Positions 34,629 to 44,861 are shown, numbered from the stretch's first letter. The stretch is 64,000 nt of DNA from Minisyncoccota bacterium (GCA_041664265.1 JBAYLD010000001.1:134358-198357), one strand, 5' to 3'. Notes: a model not told the origin generated them from the letters alone. Made by a program: numbers and translations.

Positions 34629-35324
34629 GTGACCCTCCCCATTCTCGGCTATGCGTTTCTCGGCGGCCTCCTGCCCTCGTTCGTCTGGCTCTACTTTCTC
34701 CTCAAGGAGGATGCGCGCCATCCAGAGCCGAAGTCGCTCATCGCGCTCACCTTCATAGCTGGCATGCTGGCAGTGCCGCTCGCACTCCCGCTCGAACAAT
34801 ATGCAAAGACCCATCTTACCGGGGATTTTTCCGTCTTTACCACATGGGCGCTCATCGAAGAAACATTAAAATACGCCATGGCAGCTGCCTTCATCCTCTG
34901 GCGCAAGGCGGTCGACGAGGCACCCGATTATGTCATCTACCTGATCACCGTCGCGCTCGGCTTCGCTGCCGCAGAGAACATACTCTTCCTCATCACTCCG
35001 CTCATGGACGGAAATATCGCCCATAGCATATTCACAGGCGACGTGCGTTTCCTCGGTTCATCGCTCCTGCACGTGGTCGCATCCGCCGCGATCGGCTTCT
35101 CGATCGCCTTTTCCATGAAAAGCCGTCCGGCTGTTCGCGTAGCGGCAACAGGACTGGGACTTATCCTCGCCGTCGTGTTGCACACTGCCTTTAACATGCT
35201 TATTATTAGCCAAGGTACTTCGACCACGCTTGCCGCATTCTTTCTTGTCTGGATGATTGCCGTCGTCTTCTTCGCAGCGTTTGAAGTACTGAAATATTTC
35301 CAGTATCGTACCCTATCTTATTAA
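34629..35324 (+). CDS. PrsW-family intramembrane protease-like protein
   Basis: 231 aa, multi-TM. EExxK (ALIEETLKY), FxxxEN (FAAAENILF) and HxxxxxxxG-like (LLHVVASAAIGF) motifs. Confidence 0.5.
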   Translation: MTLPILGYAFLGGLLPSFVWLYFLLKEDARHPEPKSLIALTFIAGMLAVPLALPLEQYAKTHLTGDFSVFTTWALIEETLKYAMAAAFILWRKAVDEAPDYVIYLITVALGFAAAENILFLITPLMDGNIAHSIFTGDVRFLGSSLLHVVASAAIGFSIAFSMKSRPAVRVAATGLGLILAVVLHTAFNMLIISQGTSTTLAAFFLVWMIAVVFFAAFEVLKYFQYRTLSY

Positions 35325-35336
35325 CACTTTTGAACT

Positions 35337-35834
35337 ATGGCCCTGAAGCATTCATTTTTCGAACGCCTTTCTGGCAGCCCCTCGGTTGGCGACACGTTTG
35401 ATTCGTTCGATGAGGATCTACCGACCACGACCATACCCGCGCACAAAGAGTCGCGTGCCCATGCGGCCCGCCCGGCGCCGCTCGATGACGATGCTCTAGG
35501 GAGCGAAGGCCAGCTCCCAGTCGATGTGCACCAGACCGAGAGCGATATCATCATCCGCGCTTTCGTTGCGGGAGTACGTCCCGATGAGCTCAACATTTCG
35601 ATAAGCCGCGACATGGTAGAGATCGCTGGTTCGCGCATGGAGCGCGAACAGACCTCTGGCCCCGACTATTTCACCCGGGAGCTCTTCTGGGGTTCGTTCT
35701 CGCGGGCGATCATGCTCCCTCAAGAGATCGATGTCGAGGCCTCCTCGGCGAGCGCCAAGGACGGTCTCCTCACTATCATTCTCCCCAAACTCGATAAGGC
35801 GAAGCAGACGAAGCTGAAGGTGAAGTCGGGCTAG
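35337..35834 (+). CDS. Hsp20/alpha-crystallin family small heat-shock protein
   Basis: 165 aa. QLPVDVHQTESDIIIRAFVAGV...FSRAIMLPQEIDVE...DGLLTIILPK. Confidence 0.8.
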   Translation: MALKHSFFERLSGSPSVGDTFDSFDEDLPTTTIPAHKESRAHAARPAPLDDDALGSEGQLPVDVHQTESDIIIRAFVAGVRPDELNISISRDMVEIAGSRMEREQTSGPDYFTRELFWGSFSRAIMLPQEIDVEASSASAKDGLLTIILPKLDKAKQTKLKVKSG

Positions 35835-36907
35835 GGCAACACAATCACTTTTTGCGGCGGTTCGACCGCCACGATCTCAACTATAAACGGCAAGCGCGCG
35901 ATGCGGCGGCCATCGACCGTCTCCACGACAACACGCCACTTCCCCGACTGGCGTATCGGTACGGTAGAATAGCCGCGATACCCGCCATCGCGGCCGCCCA
36001 CGATCTGATACGCGATCACCGATTTTGTTACCCACTCTTTCTCTACCGAGTCATACCACTGCCAGCGGTGCACGATGGTCGTGGTTAATTTTGTCGGCGC
36101 AAAGACAGAACTGTAGGCGAATAATGATCCTCCCGGCACGACATGCCGCGTCGGCGTAAAGCCGAGATACCTGACCCGCCAAGGATCCGGCTCGCTCCGG
36201 GCCATATAGGCGCCCGGCACCCGCGACACCGAATGATACACGCCAGCCGGTCCTGATGAGAGCGGCAGCGGCGGGAGTATATTAGTGAAGTAGGACGCGG
36301 TAAAGACGATAAAGACGCCGAGGGCGCCCGCACGGATGCGCCAGACATCGGCAAGGAAGCGTTCTCGCCCAAGCACACGCAGGAGCGCGGTAAAGAGAGC
36401 AAACACACCTATCGCCATGAGGCCGCTTAAAAGAAAGGTCCCTGTCCCGAGTGTCTTGGTATATATCGGCACTGCGAAAATGGCATACGAATAGAGTGCG
36501 AAGAAGAAGAGCACGCTCGTGAAGACGATCTGCTCATGAGATCGGTAGAAGTATTCGTTCCCGAGAAATACAAGCAAAAGGATAAGAAGGAACGGCCATG
36601 ACACGCTCACATCTGCCGATCTGCCATAGAAAACGACAAAGCCGCTCCAGAAACCCCCGAAGGTGAATTGCGTTATAAGCGGGACGATAGAACGCCACCG
36701 TGAACTTGCCTTCTCGTGAGATTCCATCCAGTGATGCAGCGGGATGGTGATGAAGCAAATGGCTGTATACGCCGCAAAGACTATTTGCGTCTGCCAGAGA
36801 TCAATGCGCTCAAAGAACACGGTATCCGCAATGAATCCCGCAACTACCGCAAAGGCAGAAAGGTGTTTTTCATACTTTTGCACCCACCCAGAGATCTTCT
36901 GCTGCAT
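35831..36907 (-). CDS. Hypothetical polytopic membrane protein with a C-terminal soluble domain
   Basis: Start set at MQQKISG; the ORF-track N-terminus overlaps tRNA-Phe. About 8 TM helices. Confidence 0.4.
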   Translation of the reverse strand: MQQKISGWVQKYEKHLSAFAVVAGFIADTVFFERIDLWQTQIVFAAYTAICFITIPLHHWMESHEKASSRWRSIVPLITQFTFGGFWSGFVVFYGRSADVSVSWPFLLILLLVFLGNEYFYRSHEQIVFTSVLFFFALYSYAIFAVPIYTKTLGTGTFLLSGLMAIGVFALFTALLRVLGRERFLADVWRIRAGALGVFIVFTASYFTNILPPLPLSSGPAGVYHSVSRVPGAYMARSEPDPWRVRYLGFTPTRHVVPGGSLFAYSSVFAPTKLTTTIVHRWQWYDSVEKEWVTKSVIAYQIVGGRDGGYRGYSTVPIRQSGKWRVVVETVDGRRIARLPFIVEIVAVEPPQKVIVLP

Positions 36908-36912
36908 AGCGG

Positions 36913-36985
36913 TGCTTGGACCCGGGCTCGAACCGGGGACCCCTTCCTCTTCAGGGAAGTGCTCTACCAACTGAGCTATCCAAGC
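36913..36985 (-). tRNA. tRNA-Phe (anticodon GAA)
   Basis: Reverse complement GCTTGGATAGCTCAGTTGGTAGAGCACTTCCCTGAAGAGGAAGGGGTCCCCGGTTCGAGCCCGGGTCCAAGCA. Confidence 0.88.
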
Positions 36986-37081
36986 GAGTGAGCGAACAAT
37001 AGGAAACATACCATGTTTTCTATTTTGAGCGAACGAGCTTGAGAAAAGCGTGCGAGCAACGCTTATCCAAGCATTGAGAGC

Positions 37082-37384
37082 CTATTGCTCTTCTGTATAG
37101 GAGTCTATCAGCTTTTGTATATCAGTGGAAGTTGGGAGGCCGAGGAAGCCGGAAGTGGTTGTGGTAGACACGCCAGAAAGCTCCGAGATCTTATCGATAG
37201 TCGGCGCTAAGTATTCTTTATACAGATAGAGCGGCAGAGCGAGCACGACAACCCAGATGATAATCGTGCTGAGGAAACTCAACCATTGGCTCCGGCGGAC
37301 CGCGCGCAACATGCGATGATTATCCTTCGCGAGCGCGTGTGTCTCTTCAAGCAGATCTCGCAATTCTGGGTCCATAGAAGGCAT
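37082..37384 (-). CDS. Hypothetical small membrane protein
   Basis: 100 aa, one TM. Last gene of the two-component-system operon. Confidence 0.35.
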   Translation of the reverse strand: MPSMDPELRDLLEETHALAKDNHRMLRAVRRSQWLSFLSTIIIWVVVLALPLYLYKEYLAPTIDKISELSGVSTTTTSGFLGLPTSTDIQKLIDSYTEEQ

Positions 37385-37776
37385 TAGTCTATGTGGAGGA
37401 GAGCCTTCACTTTGCTGCTAATTTCATCAGGGTTGAAATACGCTTTGACGAGATAGTCATTGGCGCCCAGGGTGCGCGCCTTCGCGACATCTTCATCTTG
37501 CCCCAGATTCGTCAGCATAATGACCGGGACCTTTGCCACACGCTCGTTCGTATGAGCACGGATCTTCTCCAACACTCCAAATCCATCAATATTGGGCAGA
37601 ATGATGTCTAGGAGGACAATGTCCGGCATCTCCTCTTCGACTTTTTTTAACGCCTCTTCCCCATCAAGCGCTACGACAACGTTGAAACCCTCTTTCGTGA
37701 GCTTCATTGAACAGATTTCCCGCAGCATCTGCTCATCTTCGACTAACAACACTTTCTTGTTCCCTGTATCCGGCAT
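37384..37776 (-). CDS. Response regulator receiver domain protein (CheY-like, stand-alone)
   Basis: 130 aa. KKVLLVEDEQMLREI...DIVLLDIILPNIDGFGVLEKIR...VIMLTNLGQDEDV...GANDYLVK. Confidence 0.8.
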   Translation of the reverse strand: MPDTGNKKVLLVEDEQMLREICSMKLTKEGFNVVVALDGEEALKKVEEEMPDIVLLDIILPNIDGFGVLEKIRAHTNERVAKVPVIMLTNLGQDEDVAKARTLGANDYLVKAYFNPDEISSKVKALLHID

Positions 37777-37797
37777 ACGGTATGTCTGATATACCGA

Positions 37798-38625
37798 TTA
37801 CCCTTGCTGCAACGGTTGTGGCGTGGCCGCCACGACAGGCTCGTCCTGCCCAAACAAAGTGATACCCGAGGCGAGCGTCAAGAAGCCTAACAAGGTGAGG
37901 ATATCCGCCACTAAGAATTGCACCGATGTCTGTGCGACATCATGAAGCGGGCCGCCGGCGGTGGTGATAATAAAACCGACACTTATCACAATTGAACGAA
38001 TAAGAGCCATCCGGTTATGGCGCGACTTAATAGCATTCCAGATGAACATGACTACGGCGACACCCCAGCTCAAAAGTACGATGATCGGGATAAGTTTGCC
38101 GACCAAGGGATCGGCATTAAAGAAGGTGATCCCGGTCGCGCTCTCATAGACAGGGTGATTTGGCTTGATGATATTTATATAGGTGATACCGAGGCCGAAA
38201 AGGCTTATGAGAGACGCAGCATAATATTTAACCTTTTTCCCCGGGAACGAGAGCTCCAGAGGGACCATAAGTGAGAAGGCCAAACTGAGGTAGAGGAACA
38301 CGTGACCAACGATGTACCCCCAATTCATTACTATGGGAAACAGCGCTGCATCGATGTAGAGGATGACATGCGACAACCCCATAATGAGCTGGAAGATGCC
38401 GACCGTCACGAAGAAATACATGAAGTAAGCTTTTGCAGGGCTGGTGGCCTGCTTCGTGGCCAGATCACGCCACAGCTTACCGCCGATCAATATCAAGATG
38501 ATGCTGTCAATCGTGTGGACGAAGCCCGTCAGCGGAAAAACGACAACCTTCTGGAGCGGCAAGGCGAGGAGATAAAAGAGCGAGACGGCCAAAAACGTCA
38601 AGATATAGGTGGTTATTTGTTTCAT
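37798..38625 (-). CDS. Hypothetical polytopic membrane protein
   Basis: 275 aa, about 8 TM helices. Sits between the histidine kinase and response regulator genes. Confidence 0.4.
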   Translation of the reverse strand: MKQITTYILTFLAVSLFYLLALPLQKVVVFPLTGFVHTIDSIILILIGGKLWRDLATKQATSPAKAYFMYFFVTVGIFQLIMGLSHVILYIDAALFPIVMNWGYIVGHVFLYLSLAFSLMVPLELSFPGKKVKYYAASLISLFGLGITYINIIKPNHPVYESATGITFFNADPLVGKLIPIIVLLSWGVAVVMFIWNAIKSRHNRMALIRSIVISVGFIITTAGGPLHDVAQTSVQFLVADILTLLGFLTLASGITLFGQDEPVVAATPQPLQQG

Positions 38626-38698
38626 AGGGTGCTTATATTATACACGTCCGCAGGCGGGGGGAGGCAGTAAGGGTGTGTACAGAGCAGCTACACAGCTA

Positions 38699-39922
38699 TC
38701 AGAGCGTTTGGAAAAAATCTTCAAACGTAAGCTCTTTTGTCGGGAGCATTCCTTCTTCTATCGGGATGGTGAAGTGGAAGGTGGAACCGACGTTCTCTTC
38801 GGATTCCACGCTAATTTCTCCGCCGTGGTTCAGAATGATATTTTTAGTGATGAACAAGCCGAGGCCTGAACCTTCGGTCTGCTGTTTAACCGCGTTCTCA
38901 CCCCGAAAGAACTTCGTAAAGATGCGGTCCATGTTGGCCTTCGGTATGCCGATCCCCTGGTCAGAGATACGCACCTCCAGGAAATGCTCTTTGTGCCGCG
39001 CAACGCTGATGGTAATATGGCCACCCCGCTTTGAATATTTAATGGCGTTGCCTAAGAGATTATCCATCGCCAATTTAATTTTTTCTTTATCGAGCTTGAC
39101 CTTTGGTATGTCGGGCTCTGGATTGAAGAGGACCTCTATAGTATGCTCCTTTGCCAACAGGGAATTAGTCGCGATTGAGTCGGCGATTATTTCTGTGATG
39201 TTGCTCTGCGTAAAGGTGTATCCGAACTTCCCTTCTTCAACTTTAGCCGCGTTTAACAGATCGCCGACGAGCAGGATGATGCGATCATTCGATTCGCTCC
39301 CTCTCTGGAGCATATCTTGCTGCTCTTTCGTCACGATACCCAAATCCCCTTTTTTAACCGTATCAATCGCCCATTTGATGGCGGTGAGCGGCGTCCGCAA
39401 CTGATGCGCGGCAATCGAGATGAATTCGCTTTTCAAGTGGGATATCATTTCAAATCTCTTGCGGTTTTCTTCGAACTCTTGCCGGGTGGTGTCTAGAGAA
39501 TCGCTTAACTGGGCAATCTCTTTTAAAGAATTGTCTGTTGCCGCTATTTTTGTGGTCAAGTCGCCCTTCCCCAGCCGATCGACGCTGGCGATGATCTCGT
39601 TAAATGGATCAAAAAATGACCTCGTGATACGGCGAAACGCGAACGTATAAAAAAGAAATGTGGCCACGAGCGAGAGGATAACGTCGACACCAACCTTCTG
39701 GATGAAAACCATTTGAGCACCACTATCGTATGTATCTTGATACAAAACGTATGCCAACCCGAAAATAGACGCGATATTAATTAATACCAACGGGAGGATG
39801 GTAACCAACGGAAATATATATTTGAGAGAGACCTTCTCGTCAGGCGGCATACGCACATCATACCAGTAAAAAAATCGAGCGACCGCTGGTTGTTTACCAT
39901 TGGCTGCCCGTGTCCTGCTCAC
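38699..39922 (-). CDS. Sensor histidine kinase
   Basis: 407 aa. Two TM helices, HAMP-like region, HisKA (ISIAAHQLRTPLTAIKWAIDTV), HATPase_c (LLGNAIKYSKRGGHITISV, DQGIGIP, GSGLGLFITKNIILNHGGEISVESE). Confidence 0.8.
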   Translation of the reverse strand: MSRTRAANGKQPAVARFFYWYDVRMPPDEKVSLKYIFPLVTILPLVLINIASIFGLAYVLYQDTYDSGAQMVFIQKVGVDVILSLVATFLFYTFAFRRITRSFFDPFNEIIASVDRLGKGDLTTKIAATDNSLKEIAQLSDSLDTTRQEFEENRKRFEMISHLKSEFISIAAHQLRTPLTAIKWAIDTVKKGDLGIVTKEQQDMLQRGSESNDRIILLVGDLLNAAKVEEGKFGYTFTQSNITEIIADSIATNSLLAKEHTIEVLFNPEPDIPKVKLDKEKIKLAMDNLLGNAIKYSKRGGHITISVARHKEHFLEVRISDQGIGIPKANMDRIFTKFFRGENAVKQQTEGSGLGLFITKNIILNHGGEISVESEENVGSTFHFTIPIEEGMLPTKELTFEDFFQTL

Positions 39923-40260
39923 TGAATCGAGAATTTGTACACCACACGGGGGCTAAAGATCGCCTTCTCATACCCGCCGGCCTTCGCATGTGCAACTCTT
40001 TTACTCCATGCCCTTTTCGCCTCTGCGATTGCAGAGTCTTCGGTAGTGGCGTCCAAAGGAACTTCCAGTTCACTTCCACCACAAGAGACAAAAAGTCCCG
40101 ACAAGTACCTCTGCGTGTACACCAAGTACCACCTTCCCTTCGACGAGCTCGCTGCTTCTCCGGCACTCGTAATCTGCCCCGTTAAACAAGAAGCACAGGG
40201 ATATCTTCCTGCCTCGCTCTCAATTATCCCAGTATCTTTACAATTCGGGCACATTTCCAC
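39919..40260 (-). CDS. Hypothetical zinc-ribbon (CxxC...CxxC) protein
   Basis: 113 aa. MEMCPNCKDTG...PCASC. Good SD (GGGAGGTGgaa) before the ATG. Confidence 0.4.
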   Translation of the reverse strand: MEMCPNCKDTGIIESEAGRYPCASCLTGQITSAGEAASSSKGRWYLVYTQRYLSGLFVSCGGSELEVPLDATTEDSAIAEAKRAWSKRVAHAKAGGYEKAIFSPRVVYKFSIQ

Positions 40261-40321
40261 CTCCCTCTGCTGAATTTTTTGAAGCTTCCGTCTGCGATAG
40301 TACCATTTTTATATAAGAAGC

Positions 40322-40396
40322 CAAATACGTTTGGTGCCCCCTCCAGGAGTCGAACCTGAATCAGCTCGTTAGGAGTGAGCCGTTCTATCCATTGAA
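40322..40396 (-). tRNA. tRNA-Arg (anticodon CCT), CCA encoded
   Basis: Reverse complement GCCCTCTTAGTTCAATGGATAGAACGGCTCACTCCTAACGAGCTGATTCAGGTTCGACTCCTGGAGGGGGCACCA. The anticodon stem has one mismatch. Confidence 0.7.
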
Positions 40397-40432
40397 CTAA
40401 GAGGGCTATCGGAAGGTCAGACCTTCCAAAAA

Positions 40433-40675
40433 CTACGCGGCGATGCCGAGAGAAGAGGCGAGCCTCTCTCGATCAAAGCCGATGATCATGTCAGAACCGA
40501 CGAATATGACCGGCACGCCCATCTGGCCGGACTTCTGTATCATCTCTTGGCGCTTCTCGAGATCGTGCGCCACATCATATTCAGTATACGCAACGCCCTT
40601 CTCCTTCAAGAATTCTTTTGCGATCTGGCAGAAGTGGCAGGTCGGGGTGCTGTAGATGATGACGTTTTTGTCCAT
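40433..40675 (-). CDS. Glutaredoxin/NrdH-like redoxin
   Basis: 80 aa. YSTPTCHFCQIAKEFL, GVPVIFVG. Confidence 0.75.
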   Translation of the reverse strand: MDKNVIIYSTPTCHFCQIAKEFLKEKGVAYTEYDVAHDLEKRQEMIQKSGQMGVPVIFVGSDMIIGFDRERLASSLGIAA

Positions 40676-40703
40676 ATTGTTTCGTTAGTATGATGAGTAT
40701 AGC

Positions 40704-40725
40704 ACTTTGTGCGGAATGGGAGAAC
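40704..40725. repeat. Partial direct repeat of the tRNA-Gly 3' end (att-like scar)
   Basis: ctttgtgcggaatgggagaa repeats the 3' 16 nt of tRNA-Gly plus flank (40871-40890) 166 bp away. Confidence 0.55.
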
Positions 40726-40875
40726 CGGCGATTACACCTTTCGGTCACGCATAATTTCTTGCTAGAAATTTGCGCGACCCCGCCTCAGCGCCGTCGCGCT
40801 TCCGGCCTTCGATTCTCCACGCAGGATGCCCCGCATCCTGCTCATCCCGCCCAAAATCTCGCAAGCTCGCTTTTG

Positions 40876-40946
40876 TGCGGAATGGGAGAATCGAACTCCC
40901 GCCTACTGCTTGGGAAGCAGTCGTCCTACCACTAAACCAATTCCGC
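40876..40946 (-). tRNA. tRNA-Gly (anticodon CCC)
   Basis: Reverse complement GCGGAATTGGTTTAGTGGTAGGACGACTGCTTCCCAAGCAGTAGGCGGGAGTTCGATTCTCCCATTCCGCA. Confidence 0.85.
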
Positions 40947-41011
40947 TTGTTTTTGAATGTACCTTGTCTCACGCTATAGCGTAAATTAAGGTACATGAGA
41001 TTCGCAACACA

Positions 41012-41374
41012 TCAAAACCAGCTCAGTACCTTCTGCCACCACGACGGCGCCGCAGTCGAGGTTGCCGTGGCGGGTGGTACCACTACGATAACCTCTTCTC
41101 CCGGGCGCGCAACCCCGAAGGTGGTCCGGATGGACGCGTCCTGGCCGCGCTCCGTGGCGAGCATCGCGAGATTGTCTTCGAGGACCACCTTGCGTTCCTC
41201 AAGAGCCTGATACCGGCGTTTCGCATTGTTCGCCTCTCTAACCGCCACCTGTGCCTTCCCCGCGAGTCCCCAGATGAGCAAGAGGAGCCAAAAGATGACC
41301 AGCAGGAGAAACCCGATCACAATGCCTTGCCGCAGTTGTTTCGCGCGCATGGGTGTCAGTATAACGCAAAACAA
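41012..41374 (-). CDS. FtsB/DivIC-like septum formation initiator (TM plus coiled-coil)
   Basis: 120 aa. One TM (IVIGFLLLVIFWLLLLIWGLAG) followed by a heptad-like region. Confidence 0.35.
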   Translation of the reverse strand: MFCVILTPMRAKQLRQGIVIGFLLLVIFWLLLLIWGLAGKAQVAVREANNAKRRYQALEERKVVLEDNLAMLATERGQDASIRTTFGVARPGEEVIVVVPPATATSTAAPSWWQKVLSWF

Positions 41375-41391
41375 GGTTCACTCTTGTTTTG

Positions 41392-43182
41392 CTAGCGGTC
41401 ACTATTTCTTACCATCTTCATGAATACCTCTTCGGGAATGTTCACTTTCCCCCGCCCGTGCTCAAGCAACTTCTTCTTGCCGCGCTTCTGCTTATCCAAG
41501 AGCTTGTTCTTGCGCGTCACATCGCCGCCGTAGAGATAGCCCGTCACATCCTTGCGCATCGCAGAGAGCGACCGCGAGGCGATAATGCGGCCTCCGGCCC
41601 GCGCCTGGATTTTAGTAACGAAAAGCTGTTTCGGCAAATTACCATGGAGCTTCTCTACCATCTTCTCCGCCTCTTCCTGTAAGCGCCGACGCGCGACCAC
41701 ACGCGCGAACGCCGGAACCGGCTCATCGGCGACGAGGATATCAAGCCGCACCACATCCGCTAGCCGCTCATTCATAATTTCATATGAAAGCGAGGCATAG
41801 CCCGAAGAAATGCTCTTCAATGTGTCAAAGAAGCCGCGCATAAGCTCGCGAAGTGGCATCTCCACTGACATCTCAATGCGGCCGTCCTGATACGTCTCGG
41901 TAGCAAGCGTGTGCGCCTCATGCTCGTGGAGCAGCTGGATAAGCGCACTGACCGAATCAGCGGGTGTAATGATGATGACCTTCGCCCACGGCTCTTCGAT
42001 TTTTACAATCTCGCCATGCTCGGGGAATTTTGCAGGCGTATAGATGACCTCACGCGCACCGTTCGTGGTTGTAACGACATATGAAATGGTCGGAATAGTA
42101 ACAACAAGAGATAGCTTGAATTCGCGCTTCAAGCGCTCGGTGACGATCTCAAGATGGAGAAGTCCCAAAAAACCGCAGCGAAATCCCCTTCCCAATACGC
42201 CCGACGATTCTTCTTCAAAGGAGAGCGAGGAGTCAGAGAGCCGCAATCGCTCAAGCGATTGCCGCAAGAGCGGCAGATCATCCTGGCTCTCCGGGTACAC
42301 TGAGGCCCAGACGACCGGGCGTGGGCGCTCATAGCCCGCGAGCGCTGCAAGCGATCCTCCTACTTTCCCAATAGTATCGCCGACGCCGACAATGCCCGGT
42401 TCTTTGATACCCGTCACAATATAGCCAATTTCGCCCGCAGAGAGAGAGTCCGCCGGTGTCTCCTCCGGAGTGAAGATGCCGACCTCAAGCGCAGTAAAAT
42501 TTTTCCCGGCAGCATGGAAGGTGAGCGGTTGCCCTTTTTTGAACGTACCATCAAAAACACGCAGATACACCGCAACGCCGCGGTGCGTTGAATACGAAAA
42601 ATCAAAGATAAGCCCGCGCGCTTCATCTGCGGTCGCACCTTTCGGCGGAGGGACTTTACGCACGATCTCCTCAAGCAGCTCATCAACGCCCACACCGGTC
42701 TTTCCCGACACTCCAAGCACTTCATCGGGAGAGAGGGAGAGGAGTTGTGCGAGCTCAGTGCGCACCTCGTCGACGCGCGCCGCCGGAGAATCAATTTTTG
42801 AAATAACCGGTATAATCGTGCACCCCTGCGCCCTGGCCGCCGCGAGCGTCGTGAGCGTCTGTGCCTGCACGCCTTGTGTCGAGTCAACGAGGAGCAACAC
42901 CCCCTCAACCGCTTTTAGTGCGCGAGAGACTTCATAGGAGAAGTCGATGTGTCCGGGCGTGTCTATCAGATTTAAAATATAATCGCCATACACCATTCGA
43001 ACGGGCTGCATTTTTATCGTGATGCCACGCTCGCGTTCGAGATCCATGCGGTCAAGCACTTGGTCGCGCATCTTGCGCTCGGGGATGGCCCCGGTTCGCT
43101 CGAGCATGCGGTCGGCAAGGGTAGACTTGCCGTGGTCGACATGGGCAATGATAGAAAAATTACGAAGATGTTCGAGGTTCAC
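41392..43182 (-). CDS. lepA: Elongation factor 4
   Basis: 596 aa. NFSIIAHVDHGKSTLADR, DTPGHIDF, and LepA C-terminal domain. Confidence 0.95.
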   Translation of the reverse strand: MNLEHLRNFSIIAHVDHGKSTLADRMLERTGAIPERKMRDQVLDRMDLERERGITIKMQPVRMVYGDYILNLIDTPGHIDFSYEVSRALKAVEGVLLLVDSTQGVQAQTLTTLAAARAQGCTIIPVISKIDSPAARVDEVRTELAQLLSLSPDEVLGVSGKTGVGVDELLEEIVRKVPPPKGATADEARGLIFDFSYSTHRGVAVYLRVFDGTFKKGQPLTFHAAGKNFTALEVGIFTPEETPADSLSAGEIGYIVTGIKEPGIVGVGDTIGKVGGSLAALAGYERPRPVVWASVYPESQDDLPLLRQSLERLRLSDSSLSFEEESSGVLGRGFRCGFLGLLHLEIVTERLKREFKLSLVVTIPTISYVVTTTNGAREVIYTPAKFPEHGEIVKIEEPWAKVIIITPADSVSALIQLLHEHEAHTLATETYQDGRIEMSVEMPLRELMRGFFDTLKSISSGYASLSYEIMNERLADVVRLDILVADEPVPAFARVVARRRLQEEAEKMVEKLHGNLPKQLFVTKIQARAGGRIIASRSLSAMRKDVTGYLYGGDVTRKNKLLDKQKRGKKKLLEHGRGKVNIPEEVFMKMVRNSDR

Positions 43183-44861
43183 GGTTGTATCAGTTCTTCG
43201 GCAGAAGGAGTAAGTATCTCGGAACGTCCACTGCGGAGATGGAGGAGCTTGCTCAGGGCGTCCAGCATCATGCGAAATTCTACATTCCCGATAAGGTAAA
43301 GCGCGAGTGCTGCGGCGGCAAGGCCGACTGTCCCGGCAAAAAATCCCTGTGCAAAGACGGAGACCAGGGTCGTGAGGGGCGCGATGCCGCCCTCAAACGC
43401 GAGCGTGACGTACGCGGCGGCTCCGCCCACAAGTGCGGCAACGCATCCGTCAAAGAACGGTCGCGCGAGCATACGTGCGAGACCCTGAGAAACGCCCCGA
43501 AGCGACAACAAAGAGAGTATGGCGAGAAATACTTGGCCGAGCGTCGCTGCGAGCGCCAGGAGCAGTATTGTCGACCCTTGCACGTCACTCACGCGCAAGA
43601 GAGCCGCGAGCGAGGCAGGCAACCTCTCGATCGGCATCGAGAGGAACGTTACCGCAAGAGACACAGTGAGAAGCGCAGCTGCAAATTGATATAGAAACGG
43701 CCGCCATGACTGGCGTACCGCATAGAGCGCGCGCGAGAAGAGGAGCACGAGCCCTTGCGCGACGAGCCCGACGGCAAGGATCGCCAAAAGAGCGGCGGTG
43801 AGGCGTGTCGCATCCCAATCGAAGGCGCCCGTGCCGAGAATCACGCGCACGATATGCGCCCGCAAAATCGCAATAAGCCCGAGAGACACGATCGACCAGA
43901 GGATAATGTGCCGAGCGCTCGCCGAGAGGATGTGGGTGAATTCAGCACGCCGCTCCAAAGCTGATGCCTCGGAGAGTGCCGGGAACGCCGCGATAGCATA
44001 CGAGGAGCCAATGAGCGCGAGCGGTACTGCCTCGAGATTGCTAGCGAAGGTGAAGACAGAGACCGAACCCGTGCCGATCCTCGAGGCGAAAGCGGTTAGT
44101 ATGAGCGCCGTAATCGAGCCCATGCCGAGTGCGAGAGAGCGCGGCACAGAATCCCGTATGACCGGCATCATGAGGGCATAGCTGGGGAGGCGGAAGGAGG
44201 GGATGACCTTGGCATCTGTAATGACCGGAATATTGACGGCTAAGTAAGCAACTGCGCCGATGACAACGCCGATGCCGATACCCGGCAAGCCCCACTGCGG
44301 ATAGAACACGACCGCGCCCAGGATAATGCCGAGGTTATAGAGGACCGGCGAAAATGCGAAGAGCATAAAGCGCCGATGCACCTGTGTCACGCTCCCTAGG
44401 ACACCTGAAAGCCCCAGGAGGATGGGCTGCACGAGTAGAATGCGCGCCAGCAACACGAATTCAGCATGCTGCGGAGAAGCAACGAAGTTCGGATACAGAA
44501 ATGCGAGGAATTGCGGCATGAAGAATGCGAGCACAATACAGAGCAGGCTGCCCAAGCCGAAGAGGAACGTCGCCGATTCAGAGAGGAGCCGGCGCGTCGC
44601 TTCCCTATCCATCCCCGTTATGCGCGGGATGATGACGTATGCGCTCACGAGCGAGGAGACGAGCGCAAAAACGAGATCCGGCACGCGAAACGCCGCGTAG
44701 TAGAGATCGAGCACCTCTCCCGCGCCAAATGAGTGTGCAAACGCTCGGTCGCGAAGAAGCGCGAGAACCTGTGACGCAAGCGTCAGGCCGGCGAGCAAAT
44801 ACGCGGCCTGATGCAGGCCGCGTATTGGTGCCGCGATGCGTTTAAGAATCTGCCGAACCAT
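43179..44861 (-). CDS. murJ: Lipid II flippase MurJ (MviN family)
   Basis: 560 aa, 14-TM pattern. N-terminal LLRDRAFAHSFGAGEVLDLYYAAFRVPD is typical of MurJ. Confidence 0.8.
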   Translation of the reverse strand: MVRQILKRIAAPIRGLHQAAYLLAGLTLASQVLALLRDRAFAHSFGAGEVLDLYYAAFRVPDLVFALVSSLVSAYVIIPRITGMDREATRRLLSESATFLFGLGSLLCIVLAFFMPQFLAFLYPNFVASPQHAEFVLLARILLVQPILLGLSGVLGSVTQVHRRFMLFAFSPVLYNLGIILGAVVFYPQWGLPGIGIGVVIGAVAYLAVNIPVITDAKVIPSFRLPSYALMMPVIRDSVPRSLALGMGSITALILTAFASRIGTGSVSVFTFASNLEAVPLALIGSSYAIAAFPALSEASALERRAEFTHILSASARHIILWSIVSLGLIAILRAHIVRVILGTGAFDWDATRLTAALLAILAVGLVAQGLVLLFSRALYAVRQSWRPFLYQFAAALLTVSLAVTFLSMPIERLPASLAALLRVSDVQGSTILLLALAATLGQVFLAILSLLSLRGVSQGLARMLARPFFDGCVAALVGGAAAYVTLAFEGGIAPLTTLVSVFAQGFFAGTVGLAAAALALYLIGNVEFRMMLDALSKLLHLRSGRSEILTPSAEELIQP

